DNA of 64,000 nt from a virus (Duplodnaviria; Caudoviricetes): positions 1 to 64,000 of the IMG/VR virus record IMGVR_UViG_3300028832_000127. One strand, written 5' to 3'. A program made the position numbers and the translations under genes. Positions 18,312 through 28,172 of the stretch are shown piece after piece. The stretch's first letter is position 1. Each line of letters opens with the position of its first letter. The notes beneath the pieces are model-generated. The model saw nothing but the letters and a program-made list of their open reading frames with translations. It ran no database searches and was not told the origin of the DNA.

Positions 18312-19249
18312 TTCTGCATAGCCTTTATCATTTCGTTGTATTGGCGGCTAATCTCCGCCGTGAGTTCGTATTCGTCCGCAAAGGTCTTTTTGAGGATGAG
18401 GCTGACACGGTAGTCCGTGAGTTGCCACCCCTTAGCCTTGCAGATGCTTTTGATTTTATCGGCATCAAAAACAAAAACAACGTTGTTTTGATTTGTTTTT
18501 GATGTTTGTCGCGTCGTTTCCGTTTGTTTCGGCGTAGATGTCGATGTCGTAAGATAGTTGCACCCCCTTGTCAACAAAACCGCCAACAAAACCGCCAAAA
18601 CAACCGTGTAGATAATTTTGATTTTTGACGGTCGGCTTTCGGTTTTGTAAGCCGAAACAACGGGGGAGAGTGTTTCCTGCGTGTACGCCCTGCCGTCGGG
18701 TCGCACAATGCCGAGCGCGTTGATTGCGTCCACGATGTACTGCGGCACGTTGCTCGGCAAGGCGTACACGTTGCTGTAAACGCCTTCGGAAATGCTTTTC
18801 ACCCAGCCTTTCTCAGTGATTTTCTCCAACGCCTGCGCGTGAAGTTTCACAATCTTTTTCGTAGTCAACGGCGGCTTTTTGGCGTTCCTTGCCGCCGTTG
18901 TGTCGCGGTATGACGACGTGCTGGATGCTGTCGCGGTGTTGTCGTGATGCTGTGGCGGCGTTGTCGTGATGCTGTCGCATTCCTGTCGCATTTCTGTCGT
19001 ATCGTTGTCGCAACGTTGTTGTAGGGCAAGTTGAGCGTTTTGCTTTGCGGCGATGATGAACACCCCCAATAGGGTGGAGAAGTCGCGGTAAGGAATTAAG
19101 AAGTCCCCCACCCCGACGGCGTGGCTGTCCGTGCCGTTTTCGGAGTGAAACCACGGCTCGCCCTCGTCGGCATACCTCACCGTCCCCACCGTATTGGTTG
19201 AGGTGTCGAAGTAACGCTGCGCCTCATCATATCTCATCAACTCTTCCAT
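18308..19249 (-). CDS. Hypothetical protein with an internal hydrophobic helix
   Basis: 313 aa; IIYTVVLAVLLAVLLTRGC segment. Confidence 0.65.
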   Translation of the reverse strand: MEELMRYDEAQRYFDTSTNTVGTVRYADEGEPWFHSENGTDSHAVGVGDFLIPYRDFSTLLGVFIIAAKQNAQLALQQRCDNDTTEMRQECDSITTTPPQHHDNTATASSTSSYRDTTAARNAKKPPLTTKKIVKLHAQALEKITEKGWVKSISEGVYSNVYALPSNVPQYIVDAINALGIVRPDGRAYTQETLSPVVSAYKTESRPSKIKIIYTVVLAVLLAVLLTRGCNYLTTSTSTPKQTETTRQTSKTNQNNVVFVFDADKIKSICKAKGWQLTDYRVSLILKKTFADEYELTAEISRQYNEMIKAMQK

Positions 19250-19812
19250 TATTCCGTGTATATGTATGTTAAAAATTTGTCTTTGTCAAAATTTTTTCCG
19301 CAACAACTTGTTCCGCCTTGACCGTCCCAATCTCTGTGGATTTTGATTTTGTCTTTTGTCAGGTCGTACTTCCAAGCAAGGTAGTTGACCAAACATATTA
19401 ACAAAATTTGTTGTTTGAGGGTCGGACGCTCAACATCAAAATTGCCGTGCAGACAAATTCCGATGTTGGCGGTGTTGTTGTTCAATACGTGCGCACCTTT
19501 GTTTTTGTCGTAGCGCACCTTGTAGATGCGGTCGGGGGTGATGTAGTAGTTGTAGGCGAACCCACAAGACCACTTGCGCACCTCCTCGTGGAACTTGTCA
19601 ATGTCTTTAAGAGACACCTTTTTTGCAAGTTCTACCGCGTCGTGGTGTATGGTGATGGTCAGCACGGTGTCGGCGGCGTTCCCCTGATTGAAACAGGTCG
19701 TAACGTCCTGATAGTAATGGTTGACCACCGCAAGGCAGCCGAGCCACACCACCAAGACGACTACTGACAGCCGCCACACAATCCGTACTATTTTCCTGAG
19801 CCACTTAACCAT
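19249..19812 (-). CDS. N-acetylmuramoyl-L-alanine amidase (Amidase_2), probable endolysin, with N-terminal signal anchor
   Basis: ITIHH, YNYYI, GAHV...NIGICLHGNF, IHRD and TSCCG Zn-amidase motifs. Confidence 0.88.
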   Translation of the reverse strand: MVKWLRKIVRIVWRLSVVVLVVWLGCLAVVNHYYQDVTTCFNQGNAADTVLTITIHHDAVELAKKVSLKDIDKFHEEVRKWSCGFAYNYYITPDRIYKVRYDKNKGAHVLNNNTANIGICLHGNFDVERPTLKQQILLICLVNYLAWKYDLTKDKIKIHRDWDGQGGTSCCGKNFDKDKFLTYIYTE

Positions 19813-20246
19813 TCACACATAGTTTTGTATAGGGCGTTTAGACCGTCCCACCCTTGATTGCTTAAAAAAAGCGTTACGAGGACGACCGCAGCCGCGCCCA
19901 TTATGATTTTTGCAAACGGCTTGATGCCGTCAATGACAAAATCAAACAGCCGTTTGAGGACGTAAAAAACCACGTTCCTTATGAAAAGGATGGCGAGGTC
20001 TATGCCGAACAATGTTGTCAGCACGGGCAGGAATACAAGGGGGTAGTATCCGAACTTGTAGCCTATCCATACGCTGTCCGACATTACGCCGAAGTTTGAG
20101 CATACCCACGCGGAGCATGGGAAATACTCGCTGCGGAGGGTGCGCTGTACGAACACCCCGCCATCCGTCACGTCGTCAACGGGAACGTAGCCATCCGCAT
20201 CGTTGCCGATTGTGTCGGCGGCTATTTCAGAAAACTTCAAATCCAT
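19788..20246 (-). CDS. Membrane protein
   Basis: Several hydrophobic helices; start moved to MDLKFSE. Confidence 0.6.
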   Translation of the reverse strand: MDLKFSEIAADTIGNDADGYVPVDDVTDGGVFVQRTLRSEYFPCSAWVCSNFGVMSDSVWIGYKFGYYPLVFLPVLTTLFGIDLAILFIRNVVFYVLKRLFDFVIDGIKPFAKIIMGAAAVVLVTLFLSNQGWDGLNALYKTMCEWLSGSGK

Positions 20247-20541
20247 AATTTCCTTTTTTTGTTTTTGATTGCGCAAAAATAAATCAAAATATTTGATTGT
20301 GCAAACTTTTTTCAAAAAATATTATAAAAATTTTTCTTTTTTTCGGTCTGCATACGCGCATTTTTTTTCTGTTTTTGCGTGAAAGAGATATTTTTTTATA
20401 ACATCAAAGGGCGTTTGTCTCCAAAAATGCCGAGAAAACACCAAGCCTCACCCCCACAATGTCATATTTTTTTATCACTTTGCCCTGACTTTTGGAAATT
20501 GCCGCCACCGTGTATTTTTGCGGTGTAAATCATAAAAAAAT

Positions 20542-20988
20542 ATGTCTTTTTCGATACATACAGCCGAGAACGCCGTGCGCCTCCTGATGATGCAGGGGGA
20601 GAAAGAGCCGACGGAGATATGCCGCCGCCTTTTCCACGCCGATATGCTCCACCTCTCCAAGTACGGTCGCAGCATATTGCGGGACACCTACACGCGCCAA
20701 GGCACGACACCCATACCGCAAAGGACAGCCGCCGCACTCAGCAACCCCGACTTCGACCCAAAGGAATACGACGGCGACTACTTGTCTGTGTCAGACGTGG
20801 AATGCCTGAAAGCGTCCACCGCCGAAGGGACGGCGCAAACGCAGAAAGCGATAGGGGACACGCCCGACGGCTGCGCTATCACCACGGAAACGATGCTCCG
20901 CGCAATGGGGGAGGACGATGGCTTCATTGATTACGTCCTTGAACAAGAGGAGTTGGAGCGTTGGCTCTCAGGCAAAACGAAATTATGA
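20542..20988 (+). CDS. Hypothetical protein
   Basis: 148 aa ORF; -7 box TATTTTTG at about 20512. Confidence 0.65.
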   Translation: MSFSIHTAENAVRLLMMQGEKEPTEICRRLFHADMLHLSKYGRSILRDTYTRQGTTPIPQRTAAALSNPDFDPKEYDGDYLSVSDVECLKASTAEGTAQTQKAIGDTPDGCAITTETMLRAMGEDDGFIDYVLEQEELERWLSGKTKL

Positions 20989-21014
20989 CACGAAACCCTT
21001 AAAATATCAAGATT

Positions 21015-21344
21015 ATGACGATAAGAGAATCCCTGCGGCAGATTAACCTGTTTCCTATCCCCGACGCGACCATTGAGGACGTATGCGAGAAACGCGGACT
21101 GACACCCGACGCGACCACGGACGCGGAGACACGCGCAGCCGCATCTTTCCGCCTTGCCACCGCCGACATCTACAAGTGGCTCGCGTTCTGCCCCTCGTCA
21201 GTGAGCGAAAACGGCATTTCTTTCTCCATTTCGGAGAGCGACCGCCGACGCTTCCTCGACGAGGCTAACAAGATTTACGGCGAGTTAGAGCCTGACGAAA
21301 TCTACGGTCTGAGCACGATTACCGACCGCTCGTATATGTGGTAG
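21015..21344 (+). CDS. Putative head-tail connector (DUF6706-like)
   Basis: MTIRESL...FPIP...RGL...ADIYKWLAFCPSSVSENGISFS resembles Bacteroides phage neck proteins. Confidence 0.6.
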   Translation: MTIRESLRQINLFPIPDATIEDVCEKRGLTPDATTDAETRAAASFRLATADIYKWLAFCPSSVSENGISFSISESDRRRFLDEANKIYGELEPDEIYGLSTITDRSYMW

Positions 21345-21452
21345 GGTCTGCGATGAGGCAAAGGAAAGGGGGACACCGTTTGTGCGATGCCCCCCTCGTT
21401 TTTGGGCTGCGTCCCCTTAAAACGCCGCCCGATTGTGGGTCTTGCCAAGTAC

Positions 21453-22230
21453 CTAAAATAATGTCTTTTGCATCTGTTCGGCTTTTATGCGCCTGATGGA
21501 TGCGTCGTAGTATTCCTTGTTGAGTTCAAAGCCGATGAAGTGGCGTTTTTCTCTGATTGCGGCGACCGCCGTCGTGCCGCTGCCAGAGCAGTTGTCTAAA
21601 ATTACCTCCCCCTCGTTGGTGTAAGTCGCTATTAGATAGCGTATTAGCGAAATAGGCTTTTGCGTGGGGTGGAATCCGTCTGCATCACGGTCGTATTGAA
21701 TGATGTCGATAGGGTAACGCTCGCCGCTGCTGATTGTCTTGACCTTCTCAAACTTGCCGTAATTCGTGCCTTGTCTGCCTGTCTGACATTTGTACGGCTC
21801 AAACCCTTTCCGCATTATGGGGTTGTACGTCGGCAGGTCTTTGTAGAACACAACGATATTTTCGTGTATTTTTAGCGGCATTTTCTTTGCGTTCAAGAAC
21901 CCCGTGCCGTTTTGCTTCTCCCATATCCATTCATATCGGAACATTTTCGGGTTGCTCATCACCAACGCCGAGGTGAACGGCTGCTGGCTGAACAGCACGA
22001 TGGGCGCGGACGGCTTGCAGATGCGCTTGTATTGCGCCCACAGCTTGTCGAGCGGAATCACGCAGTCCCACGGGTTGCGGGTCGTGCCGTTATCCGTAGG
22101 GCAAGTCGCAAATTATCGCGTCAACCGAGTGGTCGGCGATAAACGACATACCATCCAAGCAATCGCAGTTGTAGATGGAATCCGTCTCGACTTGCCCTAC
22201 GTTCTTCAAATAGTCTAAATCCTTAGTCAT
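21453..22230 (-). pseudogene. N4/N6 DNA methyltransferase disrupted by a 7 bp insertion
   Basis: 5' part MTKDLD...CDCLDGM...IICDLPYG* joins in frame to TTRNPWDCVIPLDKLW...HPTQKP...DNCSGSGTT if 7 bp at 22087-22097 are removed (778-7=771 nt). Confidence 0.88.
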
Positions 22231-22240
22231 TGCGTTTTAT

Positions 22241-22405
22241 TTAGTCCATTTGCGCCTTGATAAACTTAATCGCCACCTCCACCTCCCTTATACGCTCCAT
22301 ATTGTCGGCTGTGCGGGGGCGCAACTTTTTGAGGTAGAGGATTTGTTGGAGTTGCGGCAGCGTCATCTGCTTGTAAACCTCACTAAGAGGTAATTTGTTT
22401 GTCAT
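22241..22405 (-). CDS. Small hypothetical protein (54 aa, not in track)
   Basis: MTNKLPLSEVY...KAQMD* fills the gap in the operon. Confidence 0.55.
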   Translation of the reverse strand: MTNKLPLSEVYKQMTLPQLQQILYLKKLRPRTADNMERIREVEVAIKFIKAQMD

Positions 22406-22425
22406 TTTCGTGATTTTTTGGGGGG

Positions 22426-22944
22426 TTAACGTCCTGTCGAACCGTAGCCGCCTGAGCCACGATCCGTTGTTCCGAGTTCTTCAAGTGTGGCGACCTGCTC
22501 CCATTCGATGTCCTCGCCGTTGGAGAGGGCGATTTGCACAATTTTGTCGCCGATTTCGTAGTCTGAGCCACCGACAACGCGATAATATACGGCTTTGTAC
22601 TCACCGCGATAGCCTGCATCGCCTACGCCCACACCGTTGGAAAGAACCATATCATCGCCCGACAAAACGCCGTTTTCGGGATAGTTCAGGCTAATGCCAA
22701 CGCCGTTTGTCAGCATCAAACCCTTTTTGCAGATAGAACTGCGGGCGAACAGAAGGAGGCTTACCTTTTTGCCATCCTTGTCGATAGGCGGAAACGCCAA
22801 GTGTATGCCTGTGCCGTAGGTAACACAGCCTTTTAGCGGTGTGTTGTCGTGCTTGGACGTTGCCTTTACGTCCCATCCGAAGTCGTCGTCGTGCGCCCTT
22901 TGGGGCATCGTTGCACCCTCTTCAAGGTAAATTTTTACTTTCAT
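22426..22944 (-). CDS. dut: dUTPase (trimeric type)
   Basis: ARSS, GVGDAGYRGE, GDKIVQ and RGSGGYGSTG motifs. Confidence 0.92.
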   Translation of the reverse strand: MKVKIYLEEGATMPQRAHDDDFGWDVKATSKHDNTPLKGCVTYGTGIHLAFPPIDKDGKKVSLLLFARSSICKKGLMLTNGVGISLNYPENGVLSGDDMVLSNGVGVGDAGYRGEYKAVYYRVVGGSDYEIGDKIVQIALSNGEDIEWEQVATLEELGTTDRGSGGYGSTGR

Positions 22945-22956
22945 ATTTGTAGTTAT

Positions 22957-23460
22957 TTAGAATGGCAGCGGTTCGCCTGTCTGCTGTTGGTAGGACGGCT
23001 GCTGCTGTTGGGCGGAATACGCCGCCTGCGGTTGCTGATAGTAGGGCTGCTGCGGTGGTTGCTGATACGTCGGCTGTTGGTACGTCGGCTGTTGGTACGC
23101 TCCGCCTTGTTGCGGCTGTTGTGCGCCTTGTTGCGGGTGCTTCGTGCAGAGGTCAACCTGCTGCCCGATAATCTCAGTTATCTGCCTTTCCGCGCCGCTT
23201 TGGTCGTTGTACTTGCGGTAGGTGAGTTTGCCCACCACGTTGAGTTTGTCGCCCTTGTGGATGTAAGGGACGACACCGCCCATATTTTTCAATACGATGC
23301 GGTGGAAGTCGGTGCGGTCAGGGACTTGCTGTCCGCTCTTGGTCGTGTAGCCTTTCTCGGTGGTGGCGAGGCTGAACGTGGCTATCGCGCCGCCGTTGTC
23401 AAACGTTTTTACGTCGGGCTCGCCACAGACGTTGCCACTCAGGAATACTTGATTAATCAT
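22957..23460 (-). CDS. ssb: Single-stranded DNA-binding protein
   Basis: NQVFLSGN...FSLAT OB fold, Gln/Pro-rich linker, C-terminal EPLPF. Confidence 0.95.
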   Translation of the reverse strand: MINQVFLSGNVCGEPDVKTFDNGGAIATFSLATTEKGYTTKSGQQVPDRTDFHRIVLKNMGGVVPYIHKGDKLNVVGKLTYRKYNDQSGAERQITEIIGQQVDLCTKHPQQGAQQPQQGGAYQQPTYQQPTYQQPPQQPYYQQPQAAYSAQQQQPSYQQQTGEPLPF

Positions 23461-23996
23461 TTGTCGTTGTGTTTATATGTGTTAATAATTGCTGATGCTG
23501 CAATATAGACGATGAACGCACCAAGGAAGATGTAAATATATTCCACGTCCCACGCTTGGGCGGCGTCCTCTACCTCCCACTCCCATTGTTGGAAGTTGGC
23601 GAAGGTGTCGTATATTTGTTGCAGCGTGCCTGTCATAGCGTTTTGTCGCTGCCCATTTCGGACAGCATTTTGTTTATTGTTCCGTTTGCTGTTTCTTTCA
23701 GAACTACGAATTTGTTAGCTTCTTGCGGAAGTAACTCGCAGTATTTTTTCAAAAACAAGAAATTCTTGTCTTGTATGTTGTTTGTAATGTTCATTGTCCT
23801 ATCATTTTAAGTTCAACCATTTTTTCGCGAGTTCGTCGGGTATCTGCATCACGGTTTTGTACCCTGCCTTGATGCCCTCTGTCACGATTGTTCGCACCTC
23901 TCTGTCCTTCAACTCACGCCCTTCAAGCGTGATGTAGCCGTGGAGGTTTTTGCGCCAATGTGGGCTTTGACGTAAGCCTTGTAAGTTGCAGTCCAT
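23457..23996 (-). CDS. Three small hypothetical genes (23457-23636, 23633-23794, 23802-23996)
   Basis: Coupled short ORFs between the YopX-like gene and ssb. Confidence 0.5.
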
Positions 23997-23998
23997 TT

Positions 23999-24418
23999 TT
24001 ACTCTGTTTTAGTGGTTAGTAATTCGGGGTTGTCATGTATGTTGCCTACTATTTGCAAATAGGCAGATGCGAGAGACAAGTGTTCAATCGGTCTAAATGC
24101 ACACTTGTCGAATTTTACAACAAACCTTTCAATTTTCGGCTTCCACGGGTCATTTTTTGACTCGCGATATTCGCCTACTACGTAGTCGATGATGTCTCCA
24201 TCGTATATAGGATTTTCATCACAATCTTTTAAGTCGGCATACTTGCCGACGGTTTCAGGCTTGACCACCGCCCAACTTTCAATGCAAAGTGCGCCGTTGT
24301 AAATGTAAGCGTCGTAATCAAAGGGGACAATGATACACTCGCCCTTGTCGTCTTGAATTAGATTGCCGTACACCCACTTGCCGTTCTCGTCTTTACCTCT
24401 GTATTTGTTTTGTGTCAT
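23999..24418 (-). CDS. YopX family protein
   Basis: YRGK...WVYGNL...PETVG...IYDGDI...IVGNIHDNPELL. Confidence 0.88.
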   Translation of the reverse strand: MTQNKYRGKDENGKWVYGNLIQDDKGECIIVPFDYDAYIYNGALCIESWAVVKPETVGKYADLKDCDENPIYDGDIIDYVVGEYRESKNDPWKPKIERFVVKFDKCAFRPIEHLSLASAYLQIVGNIHDNPELLTTKTE

Positions 24419-24498
24419 AGTGCAAAAGTTTTTAGTGTTTCTTTACACCGCAAAGATATATCTTTTATCTTGATTGTGCAAACTTTTTTCAAAATATT

Positions 24499-24933
24499 TT
24501 AGTTAATTTTTGTTAACGGCTTTTTTCGCCGTCTTTTGAGGATTTCGGCAACAAAGACCGCCGAGTTCGCCTCGAACATAGCCTCCTGAAACTCTCGAAA
24601 GACTACCATAAAATGGTCTTTTTGTGCGTAGATTAAAAACATATTGCGCAGCCTTTTCCATCGCGCATAGGTGTATTTTTTTTGAAATAAGTGCTTCACG
24701 CCCTCATACCCCGACACTTCGGCGTACTCTGCGACAACGGCAAGCACCTGATAGCGCGGAAAGTATTTCTTCGCCTTGTCGGTGGCTCGTTTCAGCACAC
24801 CCCTGCCCCACCGTTCCTGTTTCTCGGCGTAATAGCCGCCGCCGACGATGCGCGGAGTGCCGTCCTTTTTCAAAGCCGCCACGCTGCCGTCCTTGCGTAT
24901 GCAGCGACCGTCTATCTGTGAACCGTCAACCAT
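24499..24933 (-). CDS. Hypothetical protein
   Basis: 144 aa ORF downstream of the Dam-like gene. Confidence 0.6.
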   Translation of the reverse strand: MVDGSQIDGRCIRKDGSVAALKKDGTPRIVGGGYYAEKQERWGRGVLKRATDKAKKYFPRYQVLAVVAEYAEVSGYEGVKHLFQKKYTYARWKRLRNMFLIYAQKDHFMVVFREFQEAMFEANSAVFVAEILKRRRKKPLTKIN

Positions 24934-24947
24934 ACTCGCCCCCTTTT

Positions 24948-26135
24948 TTAGAATAACAAACCTATCCTTTTTTTATACTCGGCTAACTGATGCCGTGGCA
25001 CGTATAGCCTTTCCGTCGCTGTCTTTGCATTGTTGTACGCAGACAAAGTGCAAACAACTTTTGTCTGCGCGACCGCCACGAAATCGGGCTCGGGCATATT
25101 GTATTCCGATATTATCACTAATGGCTTTTGCCTCATCGCCCAATCGTAAAACGCCGCGTGGTCAAAGTCTCCCGTGACATATCCCGCTGCGGAAGAATAG
25201 GGGATGTCGCAGTACACCACCGAGTTAGGCGCAATGTCCACATCGTAATAGTTTTCACGCAGACCACGCAGACGCTGTATTTTCTGCCAATGTTCCAACG
25301 AATAAAAAGACGTGATTTTTTCAAGGCTGATGAGGCTGCGGATGTCAACGTCCGCCGTGTATCCGTCAAGCCCAAACAAGCTTTCATAAGAACGCGGCAG
25401 CGGCATAAACTCCTGCATCTTGGCGTATGCCTCCGCTGTCGGGAACTCCCACTGCGACCGTCCGAAGTAATGCCGCTCCATATTTGTGCCGAGCCTTATG
25501 CCTACCTCGCGCTTGGATTTTAGACCTGATTGTTTAAATGCGTCGCAAAGATATTCGCGCAGTTCTTCCTCACGCTGTTTGATTTGCGTGTGTAGTTTGC
25601 CCTTGTAGTCTGCGTATGTAAGGTCTGTTTTTAGCACCTCGGACAGATACCAATCGGTGTAGGCGTGTTTTACAGTCTCCAAATGCTCAAAAATCCACTT
25701 CCTTGATGCCGACGGACAGCCCATTTCTTTGAGGTCTGACATATCGCCGAAAACCCGCGCCTTGTGCAGCGCAGCCTTGAAAGGTTCGAGTTCCTTGGCG
25801 TAAAGATAGTTCTCGCCGTTGCCGCCAAAACTATAACAGAAAAAGGCGATTTCGTCGGTGGTGCGCGTGCGGTCGTACTCCTCGCGGCTTATGAAGTGTT
25901 GCAGCCTCTCGTCGGAATATTCGCCGTTTGCCGCCTTGACAAAGCCTTGGCACAAGGGGTTGAGGTCGTTGAATACGAAGTTGCGGAACTTGCCGCTGCG
26001 GATTGCCGCGTGGGTGACAGCACCCCCACCTCCGAACAGGTCGTAGAAGTTGTCGGCGTGGGGGATGTTGTCTAACACCCATTCCGCTATCTTGTTTTTA
26101 CTACCTTGGTAATTCAGACCGTACTTTATTAGCAT
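24948..26135 (-). CDS. D12-class (Dam-like) N6-adenine methyltransferase with internal insertion
   Basis: YQGSK, DLFGGGG, FNDLN and YCDIPY; start moved to MLIKYG. Confidence 0.88.
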   Translation of the reverse strand: MLIKYGLNYQGSKNKIAEWVLDNIPHADNFYDLFGGGGAVTHAAIRSGKFRNFVFNDLNPLCQGFVKAANGEYSDERLQHFISREEYDRTRTTDEIAFFCYSFGGNGENYLYAKELEPFKAALHKARVFGDMSDLKEMGCPSASRKWIFEHLETVKHAYTDWYLSEVLKTDLTYADYKGKLHTQIKQREEELREYLCDAFKQSGLKSKREVGIRLGTNMERHYFGRSQWEFPTAEAYAKMQEFMPLPRSYESLFGLDGYTADVDIRSLISLEKITSFYSLEHWQKIQRLRGLRENYYDVDIAPNSVVYCDIPYSSAAGYVTGDFDHAAFYDWAMRQKPLVIISEYNMPEPDFVAVAQTKVVCTLSAYNNAKTATERLYVPRHQLAEYKKRIGLLF

Positions 26136-26225
26136 TTTTGGCGTGGTTTGTAATGATGCGCAAAAATACATCAATTTTTATGATTTTGCAAACATTTATC
26201 AAAAATTGCAAAAAAAATTATCATA

Positions 26226-27347
26226 TCAGAACAGCGTCAACTGCGCGTCCTCGTTGGATGTGTCGATAAACATTTTGCGGAATATCGCCTCCAACACGTC
26301 CACGACGATAGAGTTGCCCGCGAGTTTGTATTGTTGTGAGTTGCTTATCCCTGCGGCTTGGATGCGGTCTATGTAGATGTCGTCCACGTCCATAAGTCTG
26401 AAACATTCGCGAGGGGTAAGGCGGCGGATGCGGTCGCCGTGTTGCTTGCTGAGGATTTTCGGTTGTAAGTTGCCGCCCTCGCAGCAATTGAGGGTGGGGG
26501 ATATGCCGTCGGGGGAATAGACGCGGCGTGTAGATTCGTGCGCGTTCATATTTGCAATGCTGTCGACGCACTCTATCTGAGGCTCGTTGACTTTAAGCAA
26601 GAGCGGTTCTATGCCCTCGTGCGCGGTGATGCAACGGCTTATCTTGTCGCCGTAGGCATCTTGCACGTACTTTCGCATTTTGTATTTCGAGGCGAAGCGT
26701 CCCTCTAACTGCGCGTCGGTGTAGTAGAAGTGCTCGGGTACGCCGTCAACTTCGAGGACGTGGCAGAGCCTTTTTTCGAGCCGTTTTTTCTTTGGAAAAA
26801 AGAACGGCGCTTTGCCGAGCGCCGAAACAACAAAGAGGCGGTTTCTTGATTGCGGCACTCCGTAGTCTTTCGCGTTGAGGCATTTGGCGTAGTTGGTGTA
26901 GCCGTAGCGCGTGAGGGTGTCGAGCCAACGTCGCAAAAGGGGCATAAAGGTCTTGGTGGTGAGTGCAGGGACGTTTTCCATCAAGAGCCATTGGGGCCTC
27001 TTGGCTTGGATGGCTCTTTCGACTTTCCATAACAGGCTCGACCTCGTGCCGCTGCCTTTCTCTCCCCCTGCTTGCAGTCCTGCGATGGAGAAGTCTTGGC
27101 AGGGGCTGCTGTAAGTCAAAAGGTCGAAGTCAGGCACTTTGTCCCAGTCTATCTTGCTGATGTCGCCGTAGTTTGGAACATCCTCGCCGTGTACCGCGTG
27201 GTAGGCTTTGATTGCGTGGGGGTCAATCTCCGAAATGCCGACGGGGACGACCTTGATTTTGTCGGGGTGGGCGCGTTCCAAACGCCGCAACGCCATCAAC
27301 TGCGAGCCATAGCCCGCGAAACTCTCAAAAACTCTGATTGTCTGCAT
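26226..27347 (-). CDS. C5-cytosine DNA methyltransferase
   Basis: FAGYG, SPCQDFS, ENV, PQSRNR and AGNSI motifs. Confidence 0.95.
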   Translation of the reverse strand: MQTIRVFESFAGYGSQLMALRRLERAHPDKIKVVPVGISEIDPHAIKAYHAVHGEDVPNYGDISKIDWDKVPDFDLLTYSSPCQDFSIAGLQAGGEKGSGTRSSLLWKVERAIQAKRPQWLLMENVPALTTKTFMPLLRRWLDTLTRYGYTNYAKCLNAKDYGVPQSRNRLFVVSALGKAPFFFPKKKRLEKRLCHVLEVDGVPEHFYYTDAQLEGRFASKYKMRKYVQDAYGDKISRCITAHEGIEPLLLKVNEPQIECVDSIANMNAHESTRRVYSPDGISPTLNCCEGGNLQPKILSKQHGDRIRRLTPRECFRLMDVDDIYIDRIQAAGISNSQQYKLAGNSIVVDVLEAIFRKMFIDTSNEDAQLTLF

Positions 27348-27358
27348 TTTATATGTTG

Positions 27359-28033
27359 TTATTTATTTAAAAACTTTACACTTAATCCGTTTGCGTCGAT
27401 AATGCGCAAAAGGAGCGTCTCGTCGGTCTCAAACTTCGCGTCGAGGATGTGGAACGCATCGACCACCTGCGACATATCGAAGTTTTTGTCTATCACGTTG
27501 TCATAACATAGCGAGATAGACGTTATGTGCTTGTTGATTGCGGTTATCCCCGTGTTCGTGCCGTCCACGCCCGCCATATTCGCAAAGCGAGCGATTCCGT
27601 TGTCTTGAATGATTAACTGCGAGAGTTTGGATAATAGCCAACACTGCATAAAAGCCGCCACAAGGTTGGCGCGTTCCGTGAAAGCGTGGTGGAGATTGTT
27701 GGTAATCGTGCATTTCATAATCGTTTCGTCGGCGAGGATAGGCTGCGCGATTTCGAGGTACTTCTGCCGCATCACCGCCTCGTCGCCTTGGAATTGTTGG
27801 TATTCGTAGTTCTTGATTGCCTCCCTGAGTTGTCTAACGTACTTCCGCACGTTCTTGTAGTTGCTGCGATATTCGGGTGTGGTCTCGACTATCTCGATGA
27901 ACTCCTCCGCCCTGATGTCGGCGAGGATGCCGATGAACATCGCCTGATAGAGAAAAGCGAGTTTCCGCGTCTGCGCTTCGGTGAGCCATTCGCCCTGATT
28001 TTGTGCGTTTTGTGTTTGTTTGTTTGTATCCAT
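27359..28033 (-). CDS. Hypothetical protein
   Basis: 224 aa ORF. Confidence 0.7.
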   Translation of the reverse strand: MDTNKQTQNAQNQGEWLTEAQTRKLAFLYQAMFIGILADIRAEEFIEIVETTPEYRSNYKNVRKYVRQLREAIKNYEYQQFQGDEAVMRQKYLEIAQPILADETIMKCTITNNLHHAFTERANLVAAFMQCWLLSKLSQLIIQDNGIARFANMAGVDGTNTGITAINKHITSISLCYDNVIDKNFDMSQVVDAFHILDAKFETDETLLLRIIDANGLSVKFLNK

Positions 28034-28172
28034 TTTTTTAAGTGTATTTTTTACACGCGCTAACCCTTGACCTTTTAAGCTGTTTTAGCGCATTAAATTT
28101 TAAAGATGATTATTTTATTTGCTCCGCCATAAAAACCGCTAATTTTTGAGATTTTGCGGTAAATATGGGATT

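Noticed and set aside
22980-23140. CAG/CAA-rich repeats in ssb as a contingency locus
   Set aside because: This is the ordinary Gln/Pro linker of SSB proteins.
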